This document shows positions 37,584 to 51,386 of a stretch of DNA of 64,000 nucleotides, piece after piece. How positions within the stretch are numbered: position 1 is the first letter of the stretch; every line of letters starts with the position of its first letter. The DNA is from Octopus bimaculoides (taxonomy: Eukaryota): positions 37,515,158 through 37,579,157 of the forward strand of contig NC_069001.1 of assembly GCF_001194135.2 (NCBI RefSeq), read 5' to 3'. A program made the translations under genes and the position numbers. Under the pieces are notes generated by a model. It was not told where the DNA came from, did no database searches, and saw only the letters and a list, made by a program, of their open reading frames with translations.

Positions 37584-38348
37584 CTGTGGTAGCAAAGAGA
37601 AAGAGGGTTGAGAGAGGAAAATCAATTGAGAAAGATCAATGAACCACAAGGAAACTAAGCAATTTAAAAAAAAAAAACGATATACATATATATGTATGTA
37701 TGTATATACAGACAGATAGATAGATGACATATCCATGACATACAAATTAATATTTTTTTACATATAAAAACTGCATCCAGCACTAAAAGCTAATTTATAC
37801 ATGAGCTGCCAGCTTTTTGCAGTATCACAGACTGTTTAGTCAGTGTTAAACTATATTTGACAAGATTTCAGTCTGGCATTTGGTAGTAAGGTGTCTGCTA
37901 CTGATGAAGTGAAAATTATACTGAAATCATGTGATACAACATTCCTATCTCCCAGCATCAATGAGGCTTTGTTTGCTGATATAATCTTTGCTGTTTAACA
38001 CTAAACATCCATATGAGATGATTTCTTAGGCTGATTACTGAAACTTGTAGCATTTGAAACTACACATCTAAGTTAAGATGGATGTGCAAATATATATATT
38101 TGCACATCCTGTTGACCCAAGTGAAATTGTAGTTGTGGCCAATGCGAATGCCGCCTGATTGGCTCCCATGCTGGTGGCACATAAAACGTTCTACAACTTA
38201 ATTTTCAAATGTCGACATCAAACAAGACGATGAAGTGAAAAAAGACAAAAATAGGAAATTCTTTTTTATTGGAACATTAAAAAAAAAATTACATACACAC
38301 CCAGACACACACAAAAAGTTTTTAAAAATAATAAAACAGTGTACGTAC

Positions 38349-38455
38349 AGTATCGAAATAGTCTCGATCCAGATCTTTAGGACATGCAGGGAGGATAACA
38401 GCCAGTAAATGTAGAGCAATAAGACGAGTTCTCAGACTGCTGATTAATGGCAAAC
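38349..38455 (-). CDS. HERC1: HERC1 exon
   Basis: GLPLISSLRTRLIALHLLAVILPAC; ttttaag/gtacgt. Confidence 0.92.
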
Positions 38456-38710
38456 CTTAAAAGAAAGGAAGATGGAAATGGTTAAAATCAATGTTTAAAT
38501 ATCTCAGAGGAATCCGACTAATGATAAGGATTACAATTCTTCAGGTAATTAGTGTCATCTTTCGAGATGAGAATATTTTGGTTTCCAGAAATGTTTACAG
38601 CTTCATTATGCTTATTTTTAAAAATTTGTTTCATTCTTCATGGTTGTTGAAGTAGCCATCTTCAGAGTAAATATTTAGAACATTTACATCTGCACCATGT
38701 TTCAATTAGC

Positions 38711-38758
<48 letters not shown>

Positions 38759-39626
38759 CGCACAGAGCTGCGCTCGGTAGTGAAGTGAAAGCACGTTATA
38801 AAAATAAAACTACTGAATAATAATAATAATAATAATAATAAATCCTTTCTACTATAGGCACAAGGTCTAAAATTTTGTGGGAGGGGACTAGTCAATTACA
38901 TCGGCCCCAGTGCATAACTGGTACTTATTTATCAACCCTGGAAGGATGGAAGGCAAAGTCCACCTTGGCAGAATTTGAACTTCGAGTGTAATGATGGACA
39001 AAATGCTGCTAAGCGTCTTCTTGCCTGGTGTGCTAATGGCTCTGGCAGCTTGCTGCCTCAATAATAATTATAATGAGGGTCACTATATAAGAATTACCAA
39101 TATGTTGGCTGCTTTATTTCTCTAGTTGTGCATTATATTGTATAGAGAGAGGAGGAGGAGAGACAGTACAATAGAGGTAGAGAGAGAGGAGAGACAGTAC
39201 AGTAGACATAGAGAGAGAGAGTTAACGTAAGGGGATCAGGATGAGGTGCACATACTAGGCTTGGTGACAGGAAGAGAGAAAGAAAAAGTCAAAGCGAAAT
39301 TAGTGGGGCTGAAAGAACATGAAACCAGATGCATTGCAGGATTTATTCTTTGCATTTTGAATTCGAATCCTGTCACAGCCAACTTGGATAGAAAACTGGA
39401 TCTGTCCCCTAGTTTAACAACACCACCAGTTACTTCAGGTACCTTTAATGGGCCCCACTCTGATGTAGGCATTCAGATCATGTCTCCAGCTCAAAGATTC
39501 TCTCCTTCTTCCCTCCCAAAAGTCTCAGAGACCCTGTAAAGGGCCAGGGTCACTGCTTTCCCTCCCAAGTAAAAAATAAAAACAAAAACAAGTTCAAAAA
39601 CAAGAAGGGAGGTAGAATACTGTTAC

Positions 39627-39770
39627 CTTTCTCGGAAAATTTCCCTGCGATATCAAGGAGCACACTGGTCCATTTTTTACAAGCCAAACGTGACTGGACA
39701 GGAACTGAAGCAGCAATTCTTCTAAGGAACACTAAGAAGTCACCAATAGCTATTTGGCTGGGACACGATT
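39627..39770 (-). CDS. HERC1: HERC1 exon
   Basis: IAIGDFLVFLRRIAAS..KWTSVLLDIA; ctgtag/gtaaca. Confidence 0.93.
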
Positions 39771-40265
39771 CTACAGTCCGAAAATAGAGAAATAATTGAG
39801 TTAATAATTAATGAATATTGTATTTCGGGATGGTAATTTTTTTCTTTTTTTTTTTGGCCAAATAGACATGTGCAATATATTTTTATCTTCACTCATTTAT
39901 TACTGTTTTTATTTAATTATTTTTAACTCATGTCCATTGTCTGGAAATCTTTCATCACACATCTGTAAGGTGGAAGAGCTGTGGAGAGGGAGAGATAGGG
40001 ATACATAAGGGGCTATAGTAGGTGGTGGTGGGGGGTTATGATGGGAGCTGTGGGAGGGCATTGAGAATGATAGCAGGTGAGAGAGGAGTTTAGAATGGAG
40101 TGTAGCAGAGGGGGGGGGGGCAGTGGGTGAAGGCCCAGAAAAGAGGTGATTGGTTGAAATGGAGTGGGCAGAAATGATGAGGAAAGGAAGTAGTTCTGTA
40201 CGTGGGGTGTCGTTTAGGAGGGGANNNNNNNNNNNNNNNNNNNNNNNNNNNNNNNNNNNNNNNNN

Positions 40266-40303
<38 letters not shown>

Positions 40304-40374
40304 CCTAACACACACACACACACACACATATACATACACCCTCACACACACACACAGAGAATAAACAGAAATAC

Positions 40375-41331
40375 CTTGCTGTAAATCTTTCTCTTGAGAA
40401 ACGGCCGAAGACAAGAGTTTTTCCAGTTGTTTCCACAGTAAATCCACAACATTCTGGATGACACCATCACTTAGTCTCTCGGCATACATCCCGGTGCCAA
40501 CGGCAACGATTTGCAGAAGGTGTTGACAGCCCAACTGGAGCATGTTGTTCAACTGGAGGGAATTCAAGGCAGTTGGTGGTATCTGCATGGTGAGGGGCAC
40601 AGTGTGAGCATTCTCACTGAGGCAGTAGAGGAGGGGGAGCAGCTGACCACAGGACACGGCAAGGGACAGGTCAGCCGGACAATACTTGTTGCTCATGGAC
40701 AGCACAGTGGACAGGAGCAGCTTCTGCCTGGTGCTTTCCTCCAGTGTTTTAGATTTCGATGTCGTGACCAATGCCCCGACAAGCAGCTCATAGATTCGGT
40801 GGACTGCTAACTGCACCTCTTGTTGGCTTTGGGCTCGCGCCGCCTTGATCCCATCCTGATAGTGACTTCCGTCAGGCAGAGCTGATGTTGTTTCAAATGG
40901 TAAAGAACTCAATCCGAAGCAACCAGACAGGAACTGGAGATGGACAGAACTAAGAAGAGTGGTCAGTGTAAAATCTTCAGGTGAGCTGGTGTTGCTGTCC
41001 TGACTGTCGACACTGGACTGGCGATTGTTAGCTGTTTTATCTTTCTCTGTGGACAGCAACTCAACTATTTGGTGCAGTGAGTCAACACGTGATTGTGCCC
41101 TCTCTTGCTGATGTTCGAGGGATTTAGCAAAATACATCTGATACATAATATGTTCGCCGCACACAAAGTGGAAAATGTCCAACATCAGTTCTTTGATGCA
41201 CAGTTTCCGACAGGTGTGATGTTCGTTCTCTTCACCAAAGTATCCAGGTGTAATATCACCGACACGCTCTTGGCGCCACCGGAGACGGCGCAAGATTTCT
41301 TTCACTTTCTGTAAGGATTCCATACTGGTGT
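40375..41331 (-). CDS. HERC1: HERC1 large exon (957 nt)
   Basis: EHQQERAQSRVDSLHQIVELL..LLSSVHLQFLSGCFGL..HYQDGIKAA..AVHRIYE; ttgccag/gtattt. Confidence 0.95.
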
Positions 41332-42076
41332 CTGGCAAAAGAGAAAGAGGGAGAGAGTGAAAAAGAGATAGGAATACGGAATCATAATTAGAAAAGTGAA
41401 AATATGAACCCTAATTCCTGAAAATGGTTAACCCTTTCTGGACCATAAACTAAACGAGTAGATGCTTGTGTGTTTCAATTCATGTGACCAACATATATCT
41501 GATTCAGACACAATGTATCTCGGACTACATTACATAACATGTCCTGCTTCATTGTTTAGCCCCAGGCCAGTTCTGAACCAGCAGGTCAAGGATAAAACAT
41601 ATTCCAACTGTAATTGTTTTTTTATTTAGGCATAGTATATCTAAGACTACATTATCTAATGTGTCCTTTCATTCTTCAGCTGCTATTTCTAGCAATTCAA
41701 ATGACAGTGTCACGGTTGCCTTATCAACTGAATATAGTTTTGTTGCTGTTGCTGAACCCAATAATCAACAGCAAAAGTATAACCAAAGCTCTTCCAATCG
41801 TGCCCACCCCCATCTCTTTTTTTCAGACATAGTGTATCAAGGACTACATCATCTAATGTGTCCTCCATTATGTTTTTAATCCACAAGGGTATAAACTAAA
41901 GACCATTTCGCTGCCGCTTTTTAGAAGGGTGACCAACTGCTCAGGGTCACCTCTTACATTTGTTATTGTTCAACGGTGTGGTGGCTGTCATCCCACCTCC
42001 TTCACTGAAATAACCATCGATCTATGTCAGAAACCAACATCTGCCAGACCAAACACAGGAAGGACTAAATACTTAC

Positions 42077-42149
42077 TTTCTCCTGAGAGAGGTGTAGCTG
42101 TACCATTGCATTGCGCAGCTGTGTAGCGCAAACCTCCATTGCCAGTGTT
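42077..42149 (-). CDS. HERC1: HERC1 73-nt exon
   Basis: NTGNGGLRYTAAQCNGTATPLSGE; ttttgtag/gtaagt; supplies the phase 0 to 1 change needed to join its neighbours. Confidence 0.72.
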
Positions 42150-42508
42150 CTACAAAAAAAAAACAGCATATCAGTATATGTGTGTGTGTGTGTGTGTGTG
42201 TATGTGCAAGAGAAAGTGTATATGTGTGTATATATCATCATCAACATCATCATTTCACATGTGTTGCCCATGCTGGAACGGATTGGACAATTTGACAGGG
42301 GCCGGCGAGGCGGAAGACTGTACCAGGATTTACTGTCTGTTTTAGCAGGGTTCCTGTGGCTGGATGCCCTTCCTAACACCAAACACCAACCACCTCACAT
42401 ATATACATATTTCTCTGTGTGTGTGTGTGTGCTGTGTACACACACATAAATAAATGGTGTTGATGATGATGGTGAATGCTGATGGTTAAGAACAGAACAA
42501 AGACCCAC

Positions 42509-42645
42509 CTCGCTACCAGTTTCAGTTTCCCCATTTGACTCCTCAATGTCATTCAAACAACAAAGGTTCGGAGAGCTACTCGTCCGTGTTACGGATTTCT
42601 TGTTCTTCCTTGGCGACAAATAAAGCCGTCTCTCTGTATTATGGT
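42509..42645 (-). CDS. HERC1: HERC1 exon
   Basis: HNTERRLYLSPRKNKKSVTRTSSSPNLCCL..; ttgtcag/gtgggt. Confidence 0.75.
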
Positions 42646-43382
42646 CTGACAAGGAAAAGAAAAAGAAAAAGAAATGAAAGCAAACAAACATAATTAAGAA
42701 ACAGAAAGAATTTATCTCGTAAATTTCTTGGGAGTTGGGTGATGGTTAACTTTAATGTTTGCTTGTTTAGCCCTAATTAAAATTGGTTCAGCAATGACCA
42801 TCCAAGTTTTTTGGGGGTATAATGTATCGAGGACTAAATTATCAAATGTGCTCTTCAGCAAGATGCAATTTGAGGAAAATCTAGCTGCTGTTTCTAGCAA
42901 GCTAGGTGGTTACATAGAGACTCCCTTTTGGGTAGTGATAGTGGCATTGTTTAGCTTTAAGCAGACCACATCAAGCCCAATTATTCTATTTGTTTTTGTT
43001 CAAACTGGCCAGATCAAGCTCTACACATCTACCCTACAATGTCATTCTAAAAATATAGAATCACATCATCAAAATCTCAAAGCTACAAGATAAGCCATGA
43101 TTAATTCAAAACCGTGTCATTAAATAAGGATTAGGTTTTAGGGGTTAAAAGGGGTGCGTTAATTATTTCAGCTTGGCTGTGTTTGTAGACAGTTGAAAAG
43201 AATACCTTTAACCTCCACAAAAAATAAATAAAATGATAGCATTGTAGTTGTGGGGGTCCCCCACCTGTCTCCTGACAACCAATATTTTTAGACCCAGTCC
43301 GCCACTGGCAGAGAGTAGTATGTTAAATGAGACAGGGTTGTTATGTCCCTGGGGCAGCTTTTGTAAATAGTGAGATATTTAC

Positions 43383-43439
43383 CTTGTGCTACGTGGGACC
43401 GGCTGCCGTAGATTGTATCAGACAAAACAAGCTCTTCAT
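43383..43439 (-). CDS. HERC1: HERC1 57-nt exon (phase 1-1)
   Basis: EELVLSDTIYGSRSHVAQ; tcttcttcag/gtaaat; supported by splice sites and phase only, no recognisable homology. Confidence 0.55.
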
Positions 43440-44227
43440 CTGAAGAAGACAGATAACATAAAGGCATGAATACATATATATACATTAATAAAAACACATG
43501 CGTTTCCCCCATATATAGTCTCACACACACACACACACATATACATTCTTTATTCTTATACATACATATTCTTTATTCTTTTACTTGCTTCAGGCATTTG
43601 ACTGTGGCCATGCTGGAGCACCACTTTAAAAGGGTTATTTTTAGTCAAAGAAATCATCCCCTAAGACTTATTCTTTGTAAGCCGAGTACTTATTCTGTTA
43701 GTCTCCTTTGCTGAACTGCTAAATTACAGGGACGTAAACACACCAATAACTGTTGTCAAGCAATGGTGGGGGGCATAAACACAGACATATGGGCTTCTCT
43801 CAGTTTCCGTCTACCAAATCCACTCTCAAGGCTTTGGTTGGTCCCAAACTATAGCAGAAGACACTTGCCCAAGGTGCCAGCCATGCAGTGGGACTGAACC
43901 AGGAACCATGTGGTTGGGAAGCAAGCTTCTTACCACACACCCACGTCTATATGTATACACACATACAAATGAAAAGGAAAGACAGACAGATGTTGCATAA
44001 CAAAACTGATGAATTATTTCACTGGTCTCCTGTGTGCCACAACCCCAAAGTTTTGGTGAAACAAAATCCAAGAAGGAAAGATTAGTTGCTACAATATAAA
44101 CACAGAGGCACAGGAGCTGTGGCTGCTATAGCCAGGAACCATATTCGACCTCCTGAGATTCGTCTTGTATAACAGGACAAACCAAAACTTATTGAACACA
44201 TGAAGTACAAGCAGAGAAACACCTTAC

Positions 44228-44356
44228 CTGCTAAAGGTTGTCTTACTCCGATAATAAGAAACACACATCTTTCTAACCAGGTGCGACAGATATCTTCAAA
44301 GGAACTGTCACCAGGAGATTCTTTCAACTTGGCACTGCCGGAATTATCAGCTTCAT
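44228..44356 (-). CDS. HERC1: HERC1 exon
   Basis: ..SFEDICRTWLERCVFLIIGVRQPLA; ttccaag/gtaagg. Confidence 0.85.
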
Positions 44357-45336
44357 CTTGGAAGAGACAAGAGAACATACAGAATTAATCAGAAGAGATA
44401 TGGGTGTACTATTCGTTTTTATTTTATTAGATTATGCAATGAGCTGGTAGAACTGTTGCTGCATTGGACAAAATGCTTAGCAGAAATTTCTTTGGACTCT
44501 TTATGTTCTGAGTTCAAATCCAGCCAAAGTCAACTTTGCTTTTATCAACTTGGGATTAATAAAATAAAGTACCAATCAAGAGCTAGACTTGATGTAACTG
44601 AATTGACCCCTCCCTTAAAAACTGCTGGCCTAAATTAAAAAGGGGGTGAATTTTTTTTTTATTAGCTTATTTAGAGGAGGAAAGACAGTGTTCATGTCTC
44701 CTTTTTGAGTCCTTGCATCTGCTAGAAGGAGAGGAGAAAGCCATCTCAAGATCAGCAACTTGTTCTGAAGACTTGCAATGGTGAACTCTGCCAAAGGTGC
44801 CCAAGGAGCAGGTGAGGATGTTAAACTGGGTGACAACAGAGTGGACTCTGCTAAAGGTACCCCACGACTAGGTGGAGGTGATATTAAACAAAATGACACA
44901 TTTACCATGCAAAAACTGCAACAAGCTTCCACACAGTTTCCAGTTGACAAATTCTAACAAGACAGTGGTGGTGGTATTTGAAGTGATGTCCATAGAGTCA
45001 GAATTCTCACACCCACCCACCCAGTACCTTTTGAACCACATCAATTGTTCAAACAAAATTTGTTAATTTTATCCAAAACTTTGAGGAGCCAACAAAAAAA
45101 ACTCTATGTGGTCACTTCCCCTGCTAGAAATAACAACCAAATCTCAAATCATCCCCTACAGTCTAAAGAGAAAAAAAGAAATGACACATTAGATAATGTA
45201 CTCTTAGATAACATTATGTCTGGAAAAAAGACATGATGGTCATGGCTAAATACCTTTGACCACAGGTCTACTAGATCAGGACTAACTTTGGCAATAAAAA
45301 CAACAGCAGCAATAACATCATCATCATCAAAAATAC

Positions 45337-45548
45337 CTTTTATTTTCTCGAGTCCTTCGTCACTTTTGCCAGCTTCCCTGATGTCTTCCTCTTCCGATAA
45401 GCCATGGCCTCGTTTATGTGTTGTTATTCTGTCCGAATGTAAAAGTCCAGAAAATTTGGGGGCCTGATTCGGAGACAATTTATATCCAATAAGTCGACTG
45501 CGTGATTGATAAACCAGTCTATAAGCCATCACAAGACTGCGATTGGGT
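45337..45548 (-). CDS. HERC1: HERC1 exon
   Basis: PNRSLVMAYRLVYQSRSRLIGYK..; tttcag; donor gtattt chosen by phase and is less certain. Confidence 0.8.
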
Positions 45549-46296
45549 CTGAAATGAGAAATGCAAAATCATCATCATCCAGTGTTTTAGATCTGGCTTT
45601 TGTCCCCGTTAACGGGGTTGGCCAGATCTACCTCAATGCCATAGCAACCGAGGAGGCAGATGCAGCTCACCCCAACCTTGGGGCTGACTGGTGCCTATTC
45701 TCCTTTGCTATCATGAGGCTTTTTTGGGAGCTAGATTTTCTATGGGGAGCATACCCTTGCTTACGTCCAACCTCAGTTTCTAGACCAAGGCCTCTACCAC
45801 AATTTTTAAGAAATGTGGTGGGAAACTAGCTCAGGAAGGCAGGGACACTACTCCCTGAGATCCCTTTCGGAGTCCCCCAACCAAAAAAAAAAAAAAACTC
45901 TAGAGGAGGCAGAACTACACATGATACCTCTAGAGGAGGTATCAGGTGTAAGATATGTGTGGAAGCTGGGGAAAACAAAACGATGAAGCAAGCAAGCTCT
46001 GTTGAATGAAGAAGTCTTTCTTTTATTCTTTTCCTTGACTGTGGCCATGCTGGAGCACTGCTTCGAAGGGTTTTAGTCGAAAAAAAAAACTAACCCCACA
46101 CTTTACAATTATAACATTTAATGAAGGGCACATTGGATAATGTAGTTCTGGGTGACCTGTGACTAGGAAATGGATTGCCTTTTAGTCATAAAGTTACAGG
46201 ATCAAGTCTAATCCAGGGTGAAGCAACAATAGATACAATACTTATAATTAAAACTCAAAAAAATAATATAAAATAAAATAACTCGAAATCACTTAC

Positions 46297-46408
46297 CTTT
46301 CTGTGGATTGGGAAAAGGAGAGGAGGTCACAGTGTTTCAGTAACGCTGCCAGCAAGAACCTGGACACTGTATCTAGGGAGACATCTTTCATTTCACATGT
46401 ATCCCAAT
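46297..46408 (-). CDS. HERC1: HERC1 exon
   Basis: DWDTCEMKDVSLDTVSRFLLAALLKHCDLL; cttcag/gtaagt. Confidence 0.93.
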
Positions 46409-47771
46409 CTGAAGAAGACAACATACCAAATTAACCCTTTTGATCTCAACTTCTCTGAGACCACCCCCACCCCTGTTTCTATGACACAAACTCCCTACTT
46501 AAAACTGATCTAAATTAACACCCTGAATCAAAATTTCACATTTATTTATGTTCTAAATATTAGCTTTATGTCACTAAAGTTATTTTACTAAATTCCTTAT
46601 TTTTTTCAAAATTTACAGAAACAAAATCAGTGCATTTAACAAAAAGGTTTAACATAGTCAGTTGGAATTTCAGGGGGATCTAGCTGCTATATCTGTAGGT
46701 TGTTGTGGTTAAGACCTCTCTTATTATTAATGAGGAGACAAATACAGACTGAATCCTTATAACTCTTCTTTCTTCCTCACTATGAGGTTGGACATGTTTA
46801 AAAAGTTTAGAAACCATCTTAATTCCTTTGAAATCAACCCAAGACTGCCAATCAATGATACAAAAACTTTCTACTAAATTAAAATTTTCCACCAAAGTTT
46901 AAATGTTAATTTACGTTCTAAATACCAACATAATAGTTACTAAGTTCATCATCATCTTTTAATGTCTGTCTTCCATGCTGACTGAGATTGGACAGTTTGC
47001 CATGATCGAATGTGTTGGAGGACTGCATCATGCTGCAATGTCTGCCATCAGAAGGTTTCAAGGACTGGATGCCCTTCCTAACACCAACCACTTTTACAGA
47101 ATGGACTGGGTGCCATTTTTGTGGCTATTTTACTAAGTTCTTTGTTGTTTTCCAAATTCATTGAAACAAAAGCAGTTTATTTCCACAAAAACGCAGTAAT
47201 TAAAGAATTACGATGAACAAAAATAAGGCAGGTTTTCTTTGTTCCCTCAAAACATGGAACAATTATAAATAATTTCACTTTCAAAACCCCCTTAAACCAG
47301 TTTTTAAAAATCTTTTAGTCAGGAGACAGGGGTGAGCCTGTGACCTTTAACAGGGTCCTTGATACTGCCAAGAGGCAGGCAAGGGCAGATGGGGCCTGGC
47401 CTGAATGATTACAAGGGTAACTGTACATCAAGGGGCTGGGTCATCCCTGTGGAATTCTCACCCTGGAAGATGGATAGGGTGTAGTGGTGAAGTTAGAATG
47501 TCTTTTAGTACAAGGTCTGATCAATCAGAAATTACCTGGGGTTAAACAATAACGAACACCAATAACACCACCACCACCACCACCCGAATCACCATCATCA
47601 CCATCATCATCACAACTGTCGTCATCCTTAGCACCATTATTACCACTGCCTCCAACACCAGCACAGCTAGCAGCATCATCACCAGTATCACCACTCCAAC
47701 TATCATCACCACCCCTTACCTCCCTCCATAATATATTTCCATTTCCCATGTTAAAAAAAGGGTTCACTCAC

Positions 47772-47951
47772 CTTTTTTCTCAGCATACTCAAACATCATC
47801 TGTTGTACATGTTGCACCGGTTCCTTTGGAATGCCAAGACCAAGTTCCAGAAGGAATATGGTATCGGCATCGAAGTTGAGATCCTCGGGAATGTTTGCTT
47901 CAGAGGGTTTCGACGACAGAATCGAACACATACTGTCATGGATGATCAAAT
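47772..47951 (-). CDS. HERC1: HERC1 exon
   Basis: ..FLLELGLGIPKEPVQHVQQMMFEYAEKK; ctttag/gtgagt. Confidence 0.88.
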
Positions 47952-48187
47952 CTAAAGGAAAGGAGAAGGAGAATGCTGATTAAACATTTTCAGACTGTGA
48001 TTAATTAATGAAGGGGTTAATTGTATGGCTTAATGGAAGCTTGTTAGTAAGGGACTAAACTAGAGAGAGAGAGAATTAAGTGCCCCAGTATGACCATAGT
48101 CCAACAACTGAAACCAGAATAGATAAAAAAAATAAGAAAGAGGCAAAGATTAAATCAAACAGAAAAGAAGAGGAAGAAGCACATTAC

Positions 48188-48379
48188 CTAATTCAGAAGC
48201 TTGTCTTTCAAGGCCATTGCTGAACAAACGACTGTCAAGCCACGTCGTATTGACTTTCTCTGAACTGGACAAAGGAGGACCAAGTAATAGAGCATGTAAT
48301 GACCGACCAACCAAGAGTGAACATGACCTTTCTAGGTCAAGTAACCATGACCACTGCGATACAGCTGGACACTGAGAAT
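48188..48379 (-). CDS. HERC1: HERC1 exon
   Basis: SQWSWLLDLERSCSLLVGRSLHALLLGPPLS..LFSNGLE; ggccag/gtaatg. Confidence 0.92.
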
Positions 48380-48698
48380 CTGGCCAAGAGAAATTCATTT
48401 CAATTATTATTAAATATACACATCAATTTGTCAAATGGTTTGCTTTAAGTCTGTTTACTTTTTATTGTTCTGGGGACAATAAACAAATGTACCAATAAAA
48501 TACGGGTATATAGATTTAATATTCCTATAAAACATCTGAGATGTTAATGGAATTATAATAGAAGCTTAAGACTAGTTTTACCTTTCATCTTTCTGGGGTT
48601 CACAAAGTACCAGTGATATACTGAGGTAGAATTGTTATTCCTATAAAGTATCTTAAATGTGAGTGGAATTATAATTGAAGACTAACTTGTTTCTCGTT

Positions 48699-48905
48699 TT
48701 AACCTTTAAGTATTCAGATCACTGTCAAATGTAATCCTTATTTAGAAAAACATTGTTTTGAACTAATCCTGCATTATCTCATGTGATTGCATATTTTTGG
48801 AATGACATTGTAGGGTAGGTGTGAAAGGCCAGACCTGGCAGTTATGAACATAAATAGGTAGAATATTTAAGCTGGATATGGTTGGTTTCAATGCTAAAGG
48901 GTTAA
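48699..48905. mobile_element. TTAA-flanked MITE (piggyBac-like); partial related copies near 5377-5520 and 42990-43110
   Basis: TTAACCTTTAAGTATT ... AATGCTAAAGGGTTAA; shared interior aatgacattgtagggtaggtgtga..ggccaga. Confidence 0.7.
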
Positions 48906-49726
48906 AACAGTCAGGTGTGATTTGAGGGAGATTTGTCTGTTATTTCTAGCAGTTTCACTCACTGGTTTGTTGTCACCTCTTTCTCTTGATTTATGAATGG
49001 TGGTGGTGGTGGTGGTGGAGGTGGTGAAACAATACATTAAATAGCATAGTGGCAGATGGGATGGTCATGGCTGGATCACAAACCCTCATACCAATAGCCG
49101 GCCACAGTCTGTAACTGAGATATTTAACCCTCTAAGACCTGGGCCCCTGTGTCTAACTTTACCCTCCATCTGGGCTATTGAGCGAAAAAAAATAGTTACA
49201 TATATAACTCAAGAGTAACAACAAACCAGGCAAAGCAATGGACAGAAGCATTGACAAGAATCACAGAAAAAAAACAAAAAAACAGAGAATAACAATGGGC
49301 CTGTCTCTCGGCTACCGATTTGTTCACCGGAATTGCTATATTCCTCATCACTTTCACCCATTTGATTGTTTGAATCACTCTCATTGCCTGCATAAGGGTA
49401 AACTCTTCACCCAAAGAATAAATATAACCAATAATTTCCTCAACTGTAAGGAGTCTAGGCCTTGCTCGTTAACCAGGTGAAGTGCTGGTTTCATCACATG
49501 CTCGTTCCATTGCAAAAACAAAAGTAAACAACAGCTATGGGGAACACCATTAACAATGAGTCATAAAAACACTTGGCTACAAAGCTGCAATGTGATCAGT
49601 TGTCTATTTTCTGTATTCATCTTTTTCTATGCCTGTTGTTCATCACCATTTTACTGGGAATCCAGCAGAAGATGACATTTTAGCTATTCCCATTATAACA
49701 GGGATGTGGCAAAAAGAGGAACTCAC

Positions 49727-49921
49727 CAGGTAGATCTGAGAGGTGGGGGTATTCTTCAATAATTTGGTAAGCTAAGAGGTTACGGTTGATTTTATCAAGG
49801 CATGGCAGGAAGTTGAGTAGATCATGCAACAATGGGGTGAGTGCTGAATGCTGAGGAAGTAACAACAGAGCGTAGATGACATGGACCAACATGGCGCCGG
49901 CAGGGGAATCAAACAGGATTT
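49727..49921 (-). CDS. HERC1: HERC1 exon
   Basis: EILFDSPAGAMLVHVIYALLLLP..LLHDLLNFLPCLDKINR; ttgcag/gtgagt. Confidence 0.92.
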
Positions 49922-50933
49922 CTGCAAACAAAAGAAAAAAAAAAGACATAGGAAAATTAGAGTTGATTCAAATGAGAGGAAAGAATTTAAGAAATTTTTC
50001 ATGTAGTTTTGTTTGCAAAATTTTTGACTTGTGGTTTTGTTATAAATGAATGAGGTAACATCTTCTACATGTTTCACTCAAATGTAGCACTGCATTTTTC
50101 ACATGTAGCACCACACATATACATGCATCACAATGGTCTACTTTCTGGACACAGAAACAGGTTGATTACAAGGAAACGAAATTCTTTAAAATTTTTATTT
50201 AACAAATAAAATGGAGAAGGAAGTAGGGGGGCAGGGGAGAGGGAGAAAAATGGAGGACAAAGGGAGGTGCAGGAAGGGAGGGGGGTAGAGAAAGAAAGGG
50301 AGTATCTTTGATCTTTGATCAGAACAAGACTGATCTGGAGTTAAACAACAACAACGACAATAACAATGTAGTCCTAGATACATTGTAGCATCTAAATAAT
50401 CATTTTTATTATAGGCAAAAGGCCTGAAATTTTGGGGGAAAGGTGAAAGTTGATTACATCAACCCCAGTATCTGACTGGTACTTATTTTATTGACCCCAG
50501 AAAGGACAAAAGGCAAAGTCAACCTCGGTCGAATTTGAACTCAGAACATAACGATGAACAAAATACCACATTTTGCCCAACATGCTAACGATTCTGTAGG
50601 GATGGCTAAAACTAGGATCCCTTTGATCACAGGTCCACAGAATCAGAGCTGACCTGGGGTTAAAAAAACAACAATAACAACGAGGGATATATTAGATAAT
50701 GTAGTCTTAGATACATTGTGTATAAGAGGGGATGGCCAAAACTGGAACATCTTCGATTTGCTGGATCAACTGACCAGCATCTAAGAGTGACATATAATGC
50801 ATTCATAGATGCATTATGTTTAAATAAAAGATAGGATGATCACAAGGGAAGCATCTTGCATTATAGGTCTACGAGACCAGGCTTGGCCTGGGGTTAAAGA
50901 ATAACAACAACAAAAACAGGAAAACTGATTTAC

Positions 50934-51063
50934 CTCCAACTTTCTTCAAAAGTGATGCGTTATCTTGTATATCTGCTATCATGTGGGAACAGCAGGTGAT
51001 AATTTCTCCAGATAGTGGCAACATGAGAGACAAATGACGATGGAGCACTGAGCTGGCACTGGA
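50934..51063 (-). CDS. HERC1: HERC1 exon
   Basis: SSASSVLHRHLSLMLPLSGEII..; ttccag/gtaaat; phase 0 to 1. Confidence 0.88.
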
Positions 51064-51346
51064 CTGGAAATAGAAGGGGAAAGGCTTCGAGTTCTATGGT
51101 TCTGGAAGGATTTCCACAAGATCAAGAATTGGGGACAAGAGAGAAGAGTATTTCAATTCAAATAAGTTCAATGATGTCATAGCAATAGGAATGGCTGTGA
51201 GGTTAGAGAGTTTGCTTCTCAACCATGTGGTTTTGGGTTCAGTCCCACTGCATGGCACCTTGAGCCAGGTTGTTTTCTACTATAGTCTTGGACTGAACAA
51301 AGCTTTGTGAGTGATTTTGGTAGATGGAAACCTAGAGAAGCCTGTC

Positions 51347-51386
<40 letters not shown>

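Noticed and set aside
39236-39539. Overlapping ORFs on both strands
   Set aside because: No motif recognised; neighbouring exons join correctly.
44630-44950. GC-richer ORF-like segment in an intron
   Set aside because: No usable acceptor/donor pair in phase and no recognisable protein similarity; probably decayed repeat.
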